A stretch of DNA of 64,000 nucleotides from Octopus sinensis (Eukaryota). Positions 40,591-55,789 of the stretch are shown here, piece after piece (position 1 is the first letter of the stretch; the number at the start of each line of letters is the position of its first letter). Location: assembly GCF_006345805.1 (NCBI RefSeq), contig NC_043005.1, positions 104,098,001 through 104,162,000 of the forward strand. Reading direction: 5' to 3'. A model generated the notes under the pieces. It searched no databases. It was not told where the DNA came from and saw nothing but the letters and a program-made list of their open reading frames with translations. The translations under genes were made by a program, and so were the position numbers.

Positions 40591-41579
40591 ATATATATAT
40601 ACACTCCTACATCCATACATCCAACATACATACATTTATACACATACACACACCCACACGTATAACATTACATACATATATACGCGCATGCATACACATA
40701 CAAATACATACAATACGCATTTACCTTACATACATACACATACACATATAATATATATATAGATATCTATATATATAATATATATATATATATATACATA
40801 TATATACATACACACAATACACATACATACATACATATACGAATATACGCACACACAACATACAGACTATATACACATACACGCACATACAATGTACATG
40901 CGTACCCATACACACACACACACACGCGCATCCATATATACACATAAGTACCACACATGCGTAAAAGTATACATATATCTATGCTTACACATACACACAC
41001 ACACCACACACACGCCTCCTTATATTCATACTTACATGCATACTCAAAAAATAAGTAAATAATAAAATATATACGCGCGCGCAGTTATTCATACCTGCAT
41101 ACTCAAAAAATAAATAATAAATATTAAGTATATGTACGTGCAGTACCTATTATATAGACGGATACATACATATAAACTTACACACACATTATATATATAT
41201 ATATTATATATATATATACATATTACACATACATAACATCATACATATAGTATATATATACACTCACATACATACACGCATATATATTATACATACTTAC
41301 ACACATGTACAAATACATACACACATAGAAAACTCTACGTACCTACATATACATAAACACACGAGCGTACACGTATATGTACATATACACATACACATAC
41401 ACATACATATATATTTTATTTTTTTATTTTTTTATTTATTCTTTTATCTAATTTAACACTGACTCCTTGACCACTCCCCCAAGTATGATATTTGCGCTAT
41501 GCCTACCCCCAAAAAGTCCCCCAACCACCACCCTTTAAACCTGCCTAAATGTATAAATGCCAATACAATTCTGTTAACT

Positions 41580-41630
41580 AGCTTCCTGAAGATTTCTCTT
41601 GAATGAAACAGTTCTAGTCCTGTAGAAGCT
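41580..41630 (+). ncRNA. Type I hammerhead ribozyme motif
   Basis: AGCTTC CTGAAGA T TTC TCTT GAA T GAA ACAG TTCTAGTC CTGT A GAAGCT: 6-bp helix I, 4-bp helix III and a GUA site. Confidence 0.8.
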
Positions 41631-41713
41631 CCTTCTATATAATAAATTAATTTTTATCTGCTATGTATTGAGTACCTTATTTACTGTGGTTAACCCCGAA
41701 TCAACCCGGGACC

Positions 41714-41780
<67 letters not shown>

Positions 41781-43399
41781 ATATCATCAATTAACACCTG
41801 TCTTCCATGCTGGCATACATCGGACAGGTTCGATAGAATCTGACAAATTTTATGGCTGAGAGTTAAACTTCATTGTCTGCTTTAATATGTTTTCCATCAC
41901 TGGATGCCCTTCGTAGCTCAAACCATTTTAATGTTCGAGTTGAATGCTTTTTACGTGGCACCGATACAATTGAGTTCACCAAGCCATTCACAAAGAAGGG
42001 ATGGCTTATACTAGATATGGATAGGCTGAAGTATGATAGAGTGACAGGAACATGTGTCACGCTGAAGGGAGGTACATAGCTACACCAGTTGCAAAAAAAG
42101 GAATAAAGTTGATATCTTCGAGGTGACAGGGCGAACTCTAATTCTATAAGATGAATATGAGAACAGGGAGACAGGAAGAGGAGTCGTGGTTAAAATCGTG
42201 AGAATGTGAAGAGAATGATAGATGGAACTGTATGTGTGTTTGTATGTATGCATGTTATATCAGACCACATTTTCTGCTACTGGTAACATAACTCAGTACA
42301 TGTCTGAGGGTCGGGCTGTCGGCAACTAAACTGGCTACCGCAACAAGCCTGTTTGGTACCAAGGCTGGTTTTCCTTGGATACCATGTAGGACGATAAAGG
42401 AAACTTCTCAAAGGAAGGATGAAGTCAAGAGAATCAATGGTCATCCAACAGCTGGGAATGAGAGACTCTTAGTCTTTGTTTAGACATCTCTCGAGGAGAC
42501 AGAAATCTCCGATGTAACATCTGCAACATCATTTGCATCGAATGATGTAGATTAGTTCTTCATTTGAGTAAACTCATAGGTTGTTTATACAGCGTGACTG
42601 ACCATGCGCAATACATTTCCTCACTTTAAAAAGCTTTAAACACTTTCATATCTATTCATATCACTATCATGTTACCTACCAAAGCTGGCCATCACCAAAA
42701 TAAAGCAAAAGTTTCAGTGAAAAACTCCATGATGGAATGAATTTTTTTTTTGTCAGCATTGGAGACAACTTCTCTAAGGAACTGGTGCCCATCATTACAA
42801 TATCTGTGGAAAATTATTTAAGAGAAGTCACGTGATGGCACTGCTCGTAATCAAGTTACAGCCATCAAGTATATATGTATTGCTATGTATATCTATAATC
42901 GGTGCTAATAAGGAGAAAATATAATGAAGGAAGAGAACTTACAATGTTTTCTGAATGAGGAGAGAGAAGCGTTTGTGATGGGAGATATATAATGCTTTTT
43001 TTGGCAGAGTTGAAATGACGTAGGTATGAATATATATACATACAGGAAGTGAGCAATCTCGTTTACTTCCTGTTATAAAGAGGAAAGAAAAATCGAACGG
43101 GGGAGAGTTCAGAATACAGCAACGGCATTGCGTGGATAGTACAAAATACTAGAGAGAGAGAGCTGCACACAGATCGAACGGTTTACCACCTACCTTTGAA
43201 TAAGCGAGGACTGGACACGAAATTCTTTGGGTATTATACCTTTTGTAACATAATTTCATCTTTGACTATTAATTCATTGATTGTACAGTTTCTGCTGTTG
43301 CTTTCAGAAGTTCCCCCCTTTTATACATAAGAATTTGCCTGGCCGTAACAGTATGTATACATTTATGTATACATGCATATATGTAACACACAAATGCAC

Positions 43400-44050
43400 A
43401 CATACGAAGTTGAATCAAGATTTTATTTTTCGTATTTCAAGTTTTAATCAATCATTCAAACAACTTACCTTAAGCATCGAGCTATATCCCGTCACACTCT
43501 GTTGTCTGTTGCCATCGTTGTGTCAGAAGTTCGATTCAACGCTTATACCATTTGTTGGTTTAGAAGCAGAAAACTCACCCCCTGCCTCCGTTTTCAGCCT
43601 CATCCACATTTTGAAACTCCGTGCGTGCAGGAAATAAGTGATGACTCAGAAAATGGAGTAATCTGATGGTGCAAAGTATGAACTGTAGGCAGGGTGAGGC
43701 AGAATTTCCAGCCCCTACAGTTCCTTAAGTTTGCACTTGATCACTTTGGCGGTTTGTGTTGGAGCACTATCATCGTGCGGAGTGTTCGTCTTCGAATGTC
43801 GTTTGGTGGGCTTTCAAATCATAATATACTCAGTGCAGTTGTTGACCATAAACGTTAGTGTTCACAGCATGACAATCTTGAACAAGCTCAAAATGCTGCA
43901 TCCGTCAAAATTCAATCAAACAACCTGACCTTCTGTTCAAACCGACCTTGTTTGACAACAGGTTCTGTAGCCTGACTTGAAGAAAGCCACTGATTCCTTT
44001 ATCAGGATTACGAAAATAGGTACATTTTTCAATACCCAGATACAATTCGG
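43400..44050 (-). mobile_element. Decayed mariner transposase catalytic domain
   Basis: Minus frames give DSAPTQTAKVIKCKLKE...GLEILPHPAYSSYFAPSDYSIF...FLHARSF, the mariner HDNARPH / LPHPAYSPDLAPSDY signature. Confidence 0.8.
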
Positions 44051-44245
44051 CGCGAAAAATTGGCATTTCAAGGGTTTATCCAGACTATCACAAATGCTGA
44101 ATTTAATCGAATTTAATCGAAGTGAACCTCTTGCTTTCGTCCTTCAAATTGCTACATTTAACATTATACGAATATCTAAGCCTGATCTCATCAACGCTGA
44201 TTCCATGTGTTTCATTTAGGATTAAAAACAACCAGTTAGCTAAGC

Positions 44246-44316
<71 letters not shown>

Positions 44317-45599
44317 TAATAACAATAACAATAATAATAATAATAATAACAACAACAACAACAATAATAGTAACAACTAACAGTAAATGTCTAATAGTAA
44401 ATGTTTTAATCTTTTCCGAAATCTAAATAGCAGGTTTAATATACGATTGTTTAAGATAAGGGGTGACGGACCAAAGAACTCTAATACTGAACTAGCAAGC
44501 AGAATTTATACCTTTTAAATCATAGCAAAAATTCATTAGAGAAAAAATATGAGAAAATTATAATTAAATATATCGAAATTCAGTGTAAAACTAGAATATT
44601 TTTGCACACACATACAGACAAAAATGCACTTACACACATGCATTCACAACTAGATGCACATTTATTACACACAGCCTAATACGTATACAGCGCTACATTG
44701 TTCTACGTTCAATATTAACACCTTGATATAATTATTTTAGCTTAGTACCTCGGCTGATTTTTAATGCCTTCACAAACGAATGGCGCTATTTCAATCAAAT
44801 TATAGAATTAATAATTTCCATGCATATAAATGCTTTTAAAATTAACTGATGTTTTAAATTATGTCACTTTTCAAATTGTGTAATGATATGAAAGGCATGA
44901 ATCAATATTTTACATTATTATACACTTAGAAAACCGTACACACACACACACACATACACACACACACATGCACATATATCTCATATACATATGTGCATAT
45001 GTATGTATGTGTGTGTGTATGTGCGTGCGTGTCTACGTGTGTTTGTATGTGTGTTTCTGTGTGTACGTAAATATATGTGCCTGTATATATATGCATGTAT
45101 GTCTGCGTACACACATACACACGCACATACACACACACATACACACACCCACTCTCTCTCTGTCTCTCTCAGTCTCTCACACTCTGACTCTCTCTCTACC
45201 TCTCTCCCCCACTCTCTTACACTTTGAAAACCAAATACTAATACATACATACATACAAATATACATGAAAAACATTAAAGTAACCAGAATTATATTGAAT
45301 GATTTAATTCCTACCTAGGGAAAAGGTGACATCGTGACGTTGATACATTTACCAAATAAATTAGCACCTTAAATAAAGTGAATAGGCTATTAAAAGGAAT
45401 CGAAAACAGATACGAGCTTAAATTTACCGATACATAATGTATAAAATTTAACATCTCATTCTTTAGTTTATTGACTTCAGACTAACGTTCGACATGGTTC
45501 TTCAAAAGTCTTTGTCGAGCATCAAAAACGTACAGGAACTCTGAATATTACATCTCAATATTTAGAAGTATTTATTTTAAGTCTAGTTGCAGTATGAAG

Positions 45600-46200
45600 A
45601 GAGAAAACAAACACATTAGATACTTTTATGTCAGTGATAGAGTTCACGGGAGATGTATCCTGTCACCATTCCACATTCTACTAATCGTGGATGTCACAAA
45701 AATTGCATTTGGAAGCAAGAAATACGAAATCCATAAACAAGTTCAGAAACAGTTGGCCAGCCTGGATTTTCTCTCATAATGGTCCAATGTTGGTAGAATC
45801 TAAAGATGGCAGAAAAGAGACGTCTCGACACGTGGAGGAAGTGGGGAAGAAAACCAGACTGGGAATAAACGCAGAGAAGAAGAAAATTGTAGACATTGGC
45901 TAAGGAACACGACCTTTGTGGTTGAATCAGGCTGTTGATGACATGAGCCGTTTCGCGCTTTTTCGCATTAATGTGTGCAATGATGGAGATACCGAAACCG
46001 ATGTAAAATGCAGAATCAGGAACAAACAGCTTTAATTCAGTGAACGTAAATATATTTAATCTATGACCATCCTGGACACTAACAATACTATCGCAACGCT
46101 ATCACACTACAAACGAATTCTTTAAAACAGGCGAAAATTGGGAGAAAACTATGAAAATCATCACAATGTTGCATTTTACTATTCGATACTGTATCAAACC
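45600..46200 (+). mobile_element. Heavily decayed RTE-like RT fragment
   Basis: RVHGRCILSPFHILLIVD (GVRQGCILSP), LASLDF (LDFADD), LGINAEKKKI, DGDTETDVKCRI. Confidence 0.6.
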
Positions 46201-46377
46201 GCGGTTTCACTAAAAACCATATCAAGGCACTCATTTTAGGCGCTTTCTAAATAATAGCACCTATTTTTACCAACAGGAGAGCTTCTAAGTGATCGATCGA
46301 CCATCAAGGATTAATAGCCAAATATCTCTCAAATCACATTCTACTGTTTTAAAAGTGATTTATTGATTATGTCTTCT

Positions 46378-46873
46378 TAAGCCCTTCGTACCTTCTGGAA
46401 CAAAGGCGGTCCAAGACTTTTCTCCAATGTTCTCGATTCTGCGCTCTCTTTTCTGCTCCTCTCACGTCTTCGTTTTGAACTGTCATCGACGCTTCTGTAG
46501 CTTTGTTGTCTTTCTATGTAGGCCTATTAACCCTAAGCAAATCCAATTTTACCCCTGGGAAGAGGTGGCCTATATTAGTTTGGACTCTGTCCTTTGCTCT
46601 ATCCACCGTGGGTACTCCTACTTGGGACTTGAACTTCGCTGGTGAAACTCTTAGGGATATTGAGGCTCATAAGCCACCATATAACAAAAGCTGAATTGTG
46701 TAATGAACCCTACGCAAATCCATTTTTACCCCTGAGAAGAGGTGGCCTATATTAGTTTGGCCTCTATCCTTTGATCTGTCCACCATAGGTGGTCATACCT
46801 TGGACTTGAGCTTCTTTAGCATACCTCTAATGATATTGAGGTTCATAAACCACCACACAACAAAAGCTGGATT
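46378..46873 (-). mobile_element. Internally deleted RTE-derived element: tandem 177-bp 5'-UTR-like units plus 3' end
   Basis: Units 46529-46697 and 46706-46873 are clear direct repeats. 46378-46500 encodes EEQKRERR/AQNREHWRKVLDRLCSRRYEG on the minus strand, an RTE C-terminus. Confidence 0.55.
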
Positions 46874-48628
46874 TTGAACTGGTTAATTGGAAAAGTAGTG
46901 TGTAAAAAAAAAGACAATACATGGACATATTGTCTTCGATCACTGAGTTTACTCCAGTAGGAATTGCCTGGGGCTGTATAACAGTAACAACAGCAACATC
47001 AACAGCAATAATATCTAATAATTTCTTTTAGGCTCTAAGATACGTTGAAAACAATGGGTGTTAGGGTTCTTAATGGGATTAAATTCATCACATTAACGGA
47101 TTACAAGGCATGATACCAGTTTCATATAAAAATCGAAACCGCCACGCCACTCATCATATTTCATGTTCTCGCATTATAATAATTATATCTCAAGTATTTA
47201 TCTCCTCACCTGAACTGATTTAAGGGTTGAAATATAAAGCTTGACGAAAGAAATTGTCATATAGCCATTCTTGCCATTTCTACTGTAATGCATCCACAAG
47301 CGGATTATTAGCTACAAAGTAACATACATATCTTAAATATATATATTTACTTATATATATGTGTGTGTGTGTATGTGTGTGTGTATTTATTGTATATATA
47401 TTATATTATAATATATATATGTATTTACTTTATATATACATATGTATATATATGTATATATATATATGTGTGTATATATATATATGTACGTGTGTGTGTA
47501 TGCATCTGCATATGTATGCCTGAATCTATACATGTATACGTTTACATATACGTACATGCACACACACACACACACTCACACACACACACACACACATGTA
47601 TGTGTGTGTATGTATAAGTATACATGCGTGTGGATGAGGGTGTAGAGTGAGATAGAAAGAAATGGGGCAGAAAAGAGTGTGGGGGTGGGTGATTGCTACG
47701 ATTACTATTATTAATATGTTAATCCGGTCCGAATCCTTGACTTGTCTAATATCTTCTGTAATTTTCATCCCAATATCCACCAACTTAAGTAATTCCGCTA
47801 GACCTAAACTAGAGCTTTGAGTAGAATCTCTACTCTATCTTAATCGGTGTAAATCGCCACGGAATATTGAAGTGACGTAGCTTCAAATCCTGCTGCGTTG
47901 AAATGTGCTAATATGGAATTGGGACAAATGAGTGGCTGTGGAAATATGCTTTCGAAATGGTGATTCGTGAGTTCGTACACAATGAATAAAGTGGTTTTGC
48001 TCATACCGAATTCAACTATACATACATACATACATACATACATGCATACATACATACATACATGCATGCATGCATACATACATACATATATACATACATA
48101 CATACATACATACATACATACATACATACATACATACATACATACATACATACATACGTACATGCATGCATGCATTCATGCATACATACATTCACACATA
48201 CATACATACATACTTATATATGTATGTAAGTATGTATGTATCTATGTACTTATATATACGTGTATTTGTGTGTGTAAGTGTACATACACAACAGGTTTCC
48301 ATCTACCATATTCACTCACAATGCTTTTGTAAGCCCGGGTTTATAGTGGGAGACACTTATTCACGGTGCCAGGCAGTGGATTGAACCCAGTACCATGTGG
48401 TTGGGAATCAAGCTTCCTACCACACAGCCACAACAAATCAGCTACAAACTGTATTTGGGTGGCACTGATTTACTGCGTATAATTTAGTGTCATACACAAG
48501 TTCTTTTCCAAGATCTTCTTCTTCCTCTTCCTCTATCTATTATTTTTCTTCCATTTCATTACACTAGTAATTGATGACAATGTGTTTACACTACTTGTTG
48601 TGGTTGTTGTTGTTGTTGTTATTATTAC

Positions 48629-48698
<70 letters not shown>

Positions 48699-48792
48699 TT
48701 TATTATATTATTATTATTATTATTATTATTATTACTACTACTACTACTACTATTATTATTATTATTATTATTATTACTACTACTACTACTAC

Positions 48793-48825
<33 letters not shown>

Positions 48826-48848
48826 CAGTAGTTGTAGTAGTAGTTGTT

Positions 48849-48884
<36 letters not shown>

Positions 48885-48887
48885 ATA

Positions 48888-49078
48888 GACGCAGGAGTGG
48901 ATGTGTAGTAAGTAGCTTGCTCACCAACCACATAGTTCCGTGTTCAGTCCCACTGCGTGGCACCTTGGACAAGTGTCTTCTACTATAGCCTCGGGCCGAC
49001 CAAAGCCTTATGAGTGGATTTGGTAGATGGAAACTGAAAGGAAGCCCATTGTATATATTGTTAATATATATATATATA

Positions 49079-49124
<46 letters not shown>

Positions 49125-49348
49125 TGTGTGTGTGTGTTTGTGTGTCTGTGTTTGTCGCCTCAACATCGCTTGACAACCGATGCTGGTGTGTTTACGTCCG
49201 CGTAACTTAGCGGTTCGGCCCAAGAGACCGCTAGAATAAGTACTAGGCTTACAAAGAATAAGCCCTGGGGTCGATTTGCTTGACTAAAGGAGGTACTCCA
49301 GCGTGGCCGCAGTCAAATTACTGAAACAAGTAAAAGATAAAAGAGTAA
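48888..49348 (+). mobile_element. SINE family A copy, full length
   Basis: Homologous to 9219-9656. A partial inverted head also lies at 48290-48431. Confidence 0.85.
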
Positions 49349-50358
49349 AGGTATTATTAAGCTGGCGAGCACGCTGTTAGCGAGGCGGTTAACACGTTGG
49401 ACAAAATGCTACGTTCTGAGTTCAAATTCCGCCCTGGTCGACTTTGCCATTCATCCATTCATCATTATCATCACCACTACCTCAATAATCAGCACCAGAA
49501 TTCTCCTCCTCCTCCTCCTCCTCGACGTGGTGGTCGTCGTCATCAGCATCATCATCATCATCATCATTTAGTTAACTTTATTGTTTCTTTTCTTGTTGTT
49601 TTCCTTCTCCATTGCTTCTTTCTTTCCCATTTGTTTCCTTTCGCTTTTTCTTTTCTCCTTCTGTATCTTTTTTTCTCTTTTCTTCCTTTCTCTCTCCTCA
49701 TAAATGTATGCGATTTTCAATTTTCTGTTTTTTCTTATTGCTTCGTTTTACTTTTCCTTTAATTTTCTTCCTTTCTTTCTTTCATTCTTTCTTTCATCTC
49801 GTTCTTTTCACTTCTTTTCTTCTACCTCTTCTCTTAATTACACTCCACCACTTCGCACCATTCACACCTCTGCATCAAATTCCTTTTACCTTTTCCTCAC
49901 CGTACCTTCTCATTACCACTACATCTTTTCCCCACTCAGCCTTCACCTTCTTCCTACGGTCTCCCCACCCCCACCTCCACTTCCAAGTCACCTTTGGCCC
50001 GCTGTCTTCGCGTTCGTTCCACTAGTGTAACCCAACAGATCATCCGGGCAATTAGAACTCATTACAGCAGGAAACAAGCAAATGTGTCAGCGAAATTATT
50101 TGAAAGCTTGACAAGCTGGAAATATCCCGTGGAAAAGCGAAAGCAAACACGTCCATGTTGTTTCTGTATTGATTAACGGAGAAGATGACAGGAGAGATGG
50201 AGGAGAGAGATAGATGAAGGACGGAAAGGATGTATGCATGTGTGTGTGTGTGTGAAAGAGAGAGAGCATATATATGTTTAAGAGTGATGCAGGAATGTAC
50301 ATAGAGACATATAGAAAGATGGAGGTTAGTATATGTGTGAATGTATGTATATATATAC

Positions 50359-50401
<43 letters not shown>

Positions 50402-50445
50402 ATATATATATATTATATATATATATATAATATGTAATATATATA

Positions 50446-50529
<84 letters not shown>

Positions 50530-50992
50530 ATACATGCACAATTATCTGTATATACACATGGCAGGAGAGAAGGTGAAAAAGATGTATGAATGTATACATA
50601 TACACACACACACTCATACATATGTGTATACATGTATATGTATATATATATATGTATGTATATATGTATATATATATATATAGAGAGGAGAGAGAGAGAG
50701 GGAAACAGAGAGAGAAGGTGAAAGAAATACACACATATGTTTAGAATGAGACAGTGAGACTGGCTCAATTACTGGTACAAACTGGTCTTCTTGAGACATT
50801 ACTGATCAAATTTGAAATGAATTCTCGACTTGTTAGAAGCAGCAGCTAAATTTCATTACCATTCCATCAACAGGATGGTCATGGTTAAAAGAGTCTCTCT
50901 CTCCTCTATTTATGGCTCTCTCTCGCAGTAAATATGCATAATTATATATATGTGTGTGTGTGTATCTGTGCGTGTGTACGTATACATATATA

Positions 50993-51037
<45 letters not shown>

Positions 51038-51544
51038 GTATATATATAAATATATAGTACATATATGTACATATAAATATATATATGGAGAGAGAGAGAG
51101 AGAGAGAGAGATACAGATAGACAGAGAGAGTATTAAAAGTGATATTTTCTATTTTCTGTTATTTATACACTTGTTATTCTTGTGTCAATATTTTTCTCAT
51201 TATATATTGCATATTTTCAATTTTGTTTTTTCTTTTCTATTTTCTTTTCATTTTTCACTTTCTTTCTTTCTTTTGAAATTTCAAAATTGGTTCCAATTTG
51301 TCTCTGAATGAAATATAAAAGAACATACAATAATAAATAAATAAATAAATAAATAAATGGAACAAGAAAAATTCAACAACAATAAAAAGCTATAAAACAA
51401 CAGAAACGTCAACAATATTACCATTAACAGCATCATCTACAGCAACAACAGCAACAACAATAATGTCTGCTCCAGCGTCATCTGTCAGAGGAACAGCATG
51501 ACCAGTAGCAACAAAAACAAGGTTTACAGTTAATACTTGTAAAT

Positions 51545-51590
<46 letters not shown>

Positions 51591-52679
51591 ACTGATACTG
51601 CATCAACAGCAATGACAATAACCACATCTAATCAGAAGTGTCACCGATGTCACCGGTACAACTGCAATAGCAACAACAGTAAGAACAGCAATGGGTACAG
51701 AGGTAGCACCTACAAGAACAATCAAATAGCAACATAAATAGCAAAAAACAACAATAACAACAACTACAACAACAACAACAACAATAATAATAGTAACATC
51801 AGTAGCTGCAAATGTCTTCTATAATGAAAATAAAAAACGCAATGACAACAACAAAAATAACAAGAATACCAACAGTAAAAACAAGAGGAATAGCAACAAC
51901 AATGACAACAACAACAACAACGAACGCAACGTCCATAACGAAAGCAAAGAAAATAACAAAACAACATTAAGTTGATTTATCATGATCATGATCATCATCA
52001 TCACCAACAACAGTAGCATAGCAACTACATTAAGAAGAAGAAGGAGGAGGAGGGGGAGGGGAAGGGGAGGAGGAGAAGAAGAATGTGGAGAAAAAGAAGA
52101 AAAAGAAGAAGAAGAAGAAGGAGAAGGAAGAGAAGAAGAAGAAGAAGAAGAAGAAGAAGAAAAAGGAGAAGGAAGAGAAGAAGAAGAAGAAGAAGAAGAA
52201 GAAGAAGAAGGAACAATTTTAAAAGCAACACCAGTACCATTGACAGCAGTAACGACGATGACGATGACGACAACAACAACAACAACAACAAGAATAAGGT
52301 ACTACAGCAATAATGACAACAACAATGGCAAACAGCGTCATGCAGCAGACATCTCCAGCAAGTCACAGAATCAATAGAGAACAGTGTAAGGAAATAATAC
52401 AATATTGAAATATGGCAGCGGGTCAATGTGTCCTCAAGTATTCCTTGCTGTTGTGTTATTAGATATTTGAGTAGGTGTAGTGGGTAGGATGGGCACCAGG
52501 ATTGGGTGGGTATGTGCAATAAATAAACAATTAAACCATGTTTACTAATAAACAAACAAATACACCAGTATTTACAGTCAGACACTTTTTCGGTCGCGAT
52601 TTTAACGATGTCTAATTAACTTTTGCTCAACTTTCTATGAAATCACGGGAAATTTGAAAATAAATAAATAAAATACTAT

Positions 52680-53098
52680 TTACTCTCTTACTCTTTTATT
52701 TGTCTCAGTCATTTGACTGTGGCCGTGCTGGAGCACCGCCTTTAGTCGAGCAAATCGACCCCAGGGCTTATTCTTTGTAAGCCTAGTACTTATTCTAGCG
52801 GTCCCTTGGGCCGAACCGCTAAGTTACGGGGACGTAAACACACCAGCATCGGTTCTCAAGCGATGTTTGGGGGGCACAAACAGACACACAAACACATACA
52901 CACATACATATACTTATATATATAGATATATACGACGGGCTTCTTTCAGTTTCCGTCTACCAAATCCACTCACAAGGCTTTGGTTGGCCCGAAGCTATAG
53001 TAGAAGACACTTGCCCAAGATGCCACGCAGTGGGACTGAACACAGAACCATGTGGTTGGTAAGCAAGCTACTTACCCTACAGCCTCTCCTACGCCTCA
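52680..53098 (-). mobile_element. SINE family A copy, full length
   Basis: Reverse complement of 9219-9656. Confidence 0.85.
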
Positions 53099-53479
53099 TA
53101 GAATAAAATAAAATAAAAACCAATATATTTTATACTCTTTCTCTCTCTCTTCTTGTTTCTTCCCATCCCAATTTCCAAAAGCAAGAGTGAGAAACTCGGA
53201 GTTGACGACAAAAACATCCTCTGTGTTTACAGTTAATTGACCAGATCGTTAGAGCTTCAGTTAAAATACAAGATTCGTCCTCCGCTTTGGATCCAAATTC
53301 CACCGAAATTACCTTTACCTCTCTTTTTTCCAGTATATATAAAATAAGGAACCAATCAAATATCAAGGTTGATTTAATCTACTAAATCATTCACCTAAAA
53401 ATTCCATGCCTTATGTCTATACTTGAACCAAATACTACTATTATTGTTTTTGTTGTTATTGATTACTTTCCTCTATGAT

Positions 53480-55100
53480 GACTACAGAATTCAGCTTAAA
53501 AGGGATCTGTTTACATTATTTATTCATGCTTTGACGTCAATGTTATTGGGAAACCGAAAAACAATATCGTATTGGCTTCGTTCTTTTGAGGACTACTCCA
53601 CTGAAGGTCATCACATTGTTTAAAGTTCCGAGTTGAAGGAAAAAGAAACATTTTTCTATAAAATAAATAAAAATAAACATGGAGCCCCTGAAAGCTGTCA
53701 TAATTTTTGCGATAGAAGAAGATGTGAGACAAACATCGGGTAATGCGTAAGGAGGGAGAGTGGGGGAATACGTAAGAGGAAGATCCTATAGCATCCAGCT
53801 TCACTGCAGATAAACGATATTGCGACTGTAGGAACGAAAAGTTTACTCACGCATTCTTTCGAAAGTATGGATGATGGTGATCTAGGAACCATTCTGGGAG
53901 GCAACTCAGACGGTCTGACCACTTCCATCTGCAGGACTTTCAGGGTGGACTTTATAAAGCATTTTCAAAATCGTTGTACTAGCACAGCTACAGAGGAAGC
54001 TTTTCTGTCAGTAACAAGCTCTTCAAGCACGGCAGTGGCAATAACCAAACCAGTCCGTGCGTTTCTAACCTGTGGGCATATGTCGAACATCTGCTGCTAC
54101 ACATAGGACGAAGCAGGCTGTTAACCGAGTTTGCAATGGATGTCCACACGTCACTTTCCTCTAGTTAAACATAAAGTCAGTAAGTTTTCCTCTATCTGAT
54201 TCATATGGTAAAGGGGTTTGTGTGGTTGACATGTTAAAAAGGGTTGAGGACAGAGCTTTCTCTTACTGTCCCAAATCTTCATCAATTTCATCAAGTTCCG
54301 TTTAAGAAGAAGGTAAAAGTAGAAAGGTAGGTGCTATCTTGAGTGTTTTACAAGAGGTGGATGGGAGCATCAAGACAGACGAAGCTCAATGAGATTGCTC
54401 GGGCTCTGCGCTCTCATTAGACAAGTAAGATGGAAAGAGAATGTTGATGCCATTCATGTAGCATAATAAGATGAGACAATAAAACTTCCTCCGACTTAAT
54501 CTAGATGAATCTCCATCAATTGGAAACTTTTTTGGCTATTGACATTTCATTCTTATCTGTATATATTTCGCTCATGTATTGTCGGGTTGCCGTTCGCCTT
54601 CCATTATGTGAAACGTGAAAGTGGACTGAACTGTGAGGGTTTTGGTTTGAATGCTTGAAACAGTTAATTTATCAAAAGACATTTATAGACTAGCTATTGA
54701 TGGGAAATAGACTTGTGCAATTGACATACCTCTCAAATGTTAGGGGTTAAGACCAAGTCGGTAGAGAATCGGGCTATATTGTCGCATGTTATATCATAGG
54801 GTATAGTATCCGTGACCTTGGTACCGAATTCTTATTTGATAAATGCAAGCATCTATAAACATGGGTCAAATGCAGATGCTTTTCATTCTTGTGAGTAGTG
54901 CCAGAATTGTATCAGCAATGAGTCCCACGTTGATTGAAAAGGCGATGAGAAAATCCACCCCGATTTACTTTTACCAGGAATTTCTCTTGTTACTGCACTT
55001 AGATGATATTATATGCAAAGAAAGAACATTCAAGCGATTGGCAAGAATTCGCCTATCAATGTATCCCATCCTCCACTCCACAATTTTGCTTCCTTTTACC
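53480..55100 (-). mobile_element. Possible very old LINE remnant
   Basis: Non-repetitive stretch with faint minus-strand echoes of RT motifs (SPADG for PGPDG, CYRIFL for YRPISL, IDVKA for D..KAFD). Confidence 0.3.
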
Positions 55101-55121
55101 CACTAATATTACAGTGGTTCA

Positions 55122-55348
55122 AGGCGGATGAGTTAGCGGAGTCGTTATCGCGTCGGACTAAATGCTCAGCAGTATTTCTTTCGTCACTTTACGTTCTGAG
55201 TTCAAATACTGCCGAGATCAACTTTACTTTTCACCATTTTAGGGTCGCTAAAATAAGTACCAGTTGAGCACTAGCGTCAATGTAATCGACTAGATTTCTC
55301 CTCACGAAAAAAATGCAGGCCTTGTGCTTATAGCAGAAACGACTATTA
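55122..55348 (+). mobile_element. tRNA-derived SINE family B, full length
   Basis: ggcggatgagttagcggagtcgtta A box, gagttcaaatact B box and body gggtcgctaaaataagtaccagttgagcact, repeated elsewhere in the window. Confidence 0.75.
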
Positions 55349-55789
55349 CAGTTGTTCAACCAGACTGACTAACCTCTACGTTCAGTACGTATTGCCCAGA
55401 ACGTTGGTCTTCTGAAATTCGTCGCTAGCCATGTTTTAATGTCTAGCCATCGACTTCCATCTGTTACAGACAAAAGATAACTGTGTCGATCTGACTTACT
55501 TCAGAGGGCCTGCAAAGGTCACAAGCAAGACCACAAGAAAAGCAAAACAAATAACCAAATAGAATCAGAGGGGAACATACTTCCCGACGGAGATTCTTTT
55601 TTAGATCTTTATATAAAGTGTGCATAAATGAATCCATATATGCATATACATACGCATTTGTTATATATATGCATATGTATGTATACAACTAGAGTGGATG
55701 TATATACGTCTATAGGGATAGGTGTAAGCAAACTGCTTACAACATAGCCACGTCTGTGCCTTTAAAGTAAAAAGAAAAGAACTGTCAAC

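Noticed and set aside
46529-46873. Direct repeats considered as CRISPR array or LTR pair
   Set aside because: Only two 177-bp diverged units, no spacers or cas genes, eukaryotic context and no TG...CA LTR ends.
51982-52585. Poly-Glu/Arg/Leu ORFs
   Set aside because: (GAA)n and (CAA)n microsatellites.
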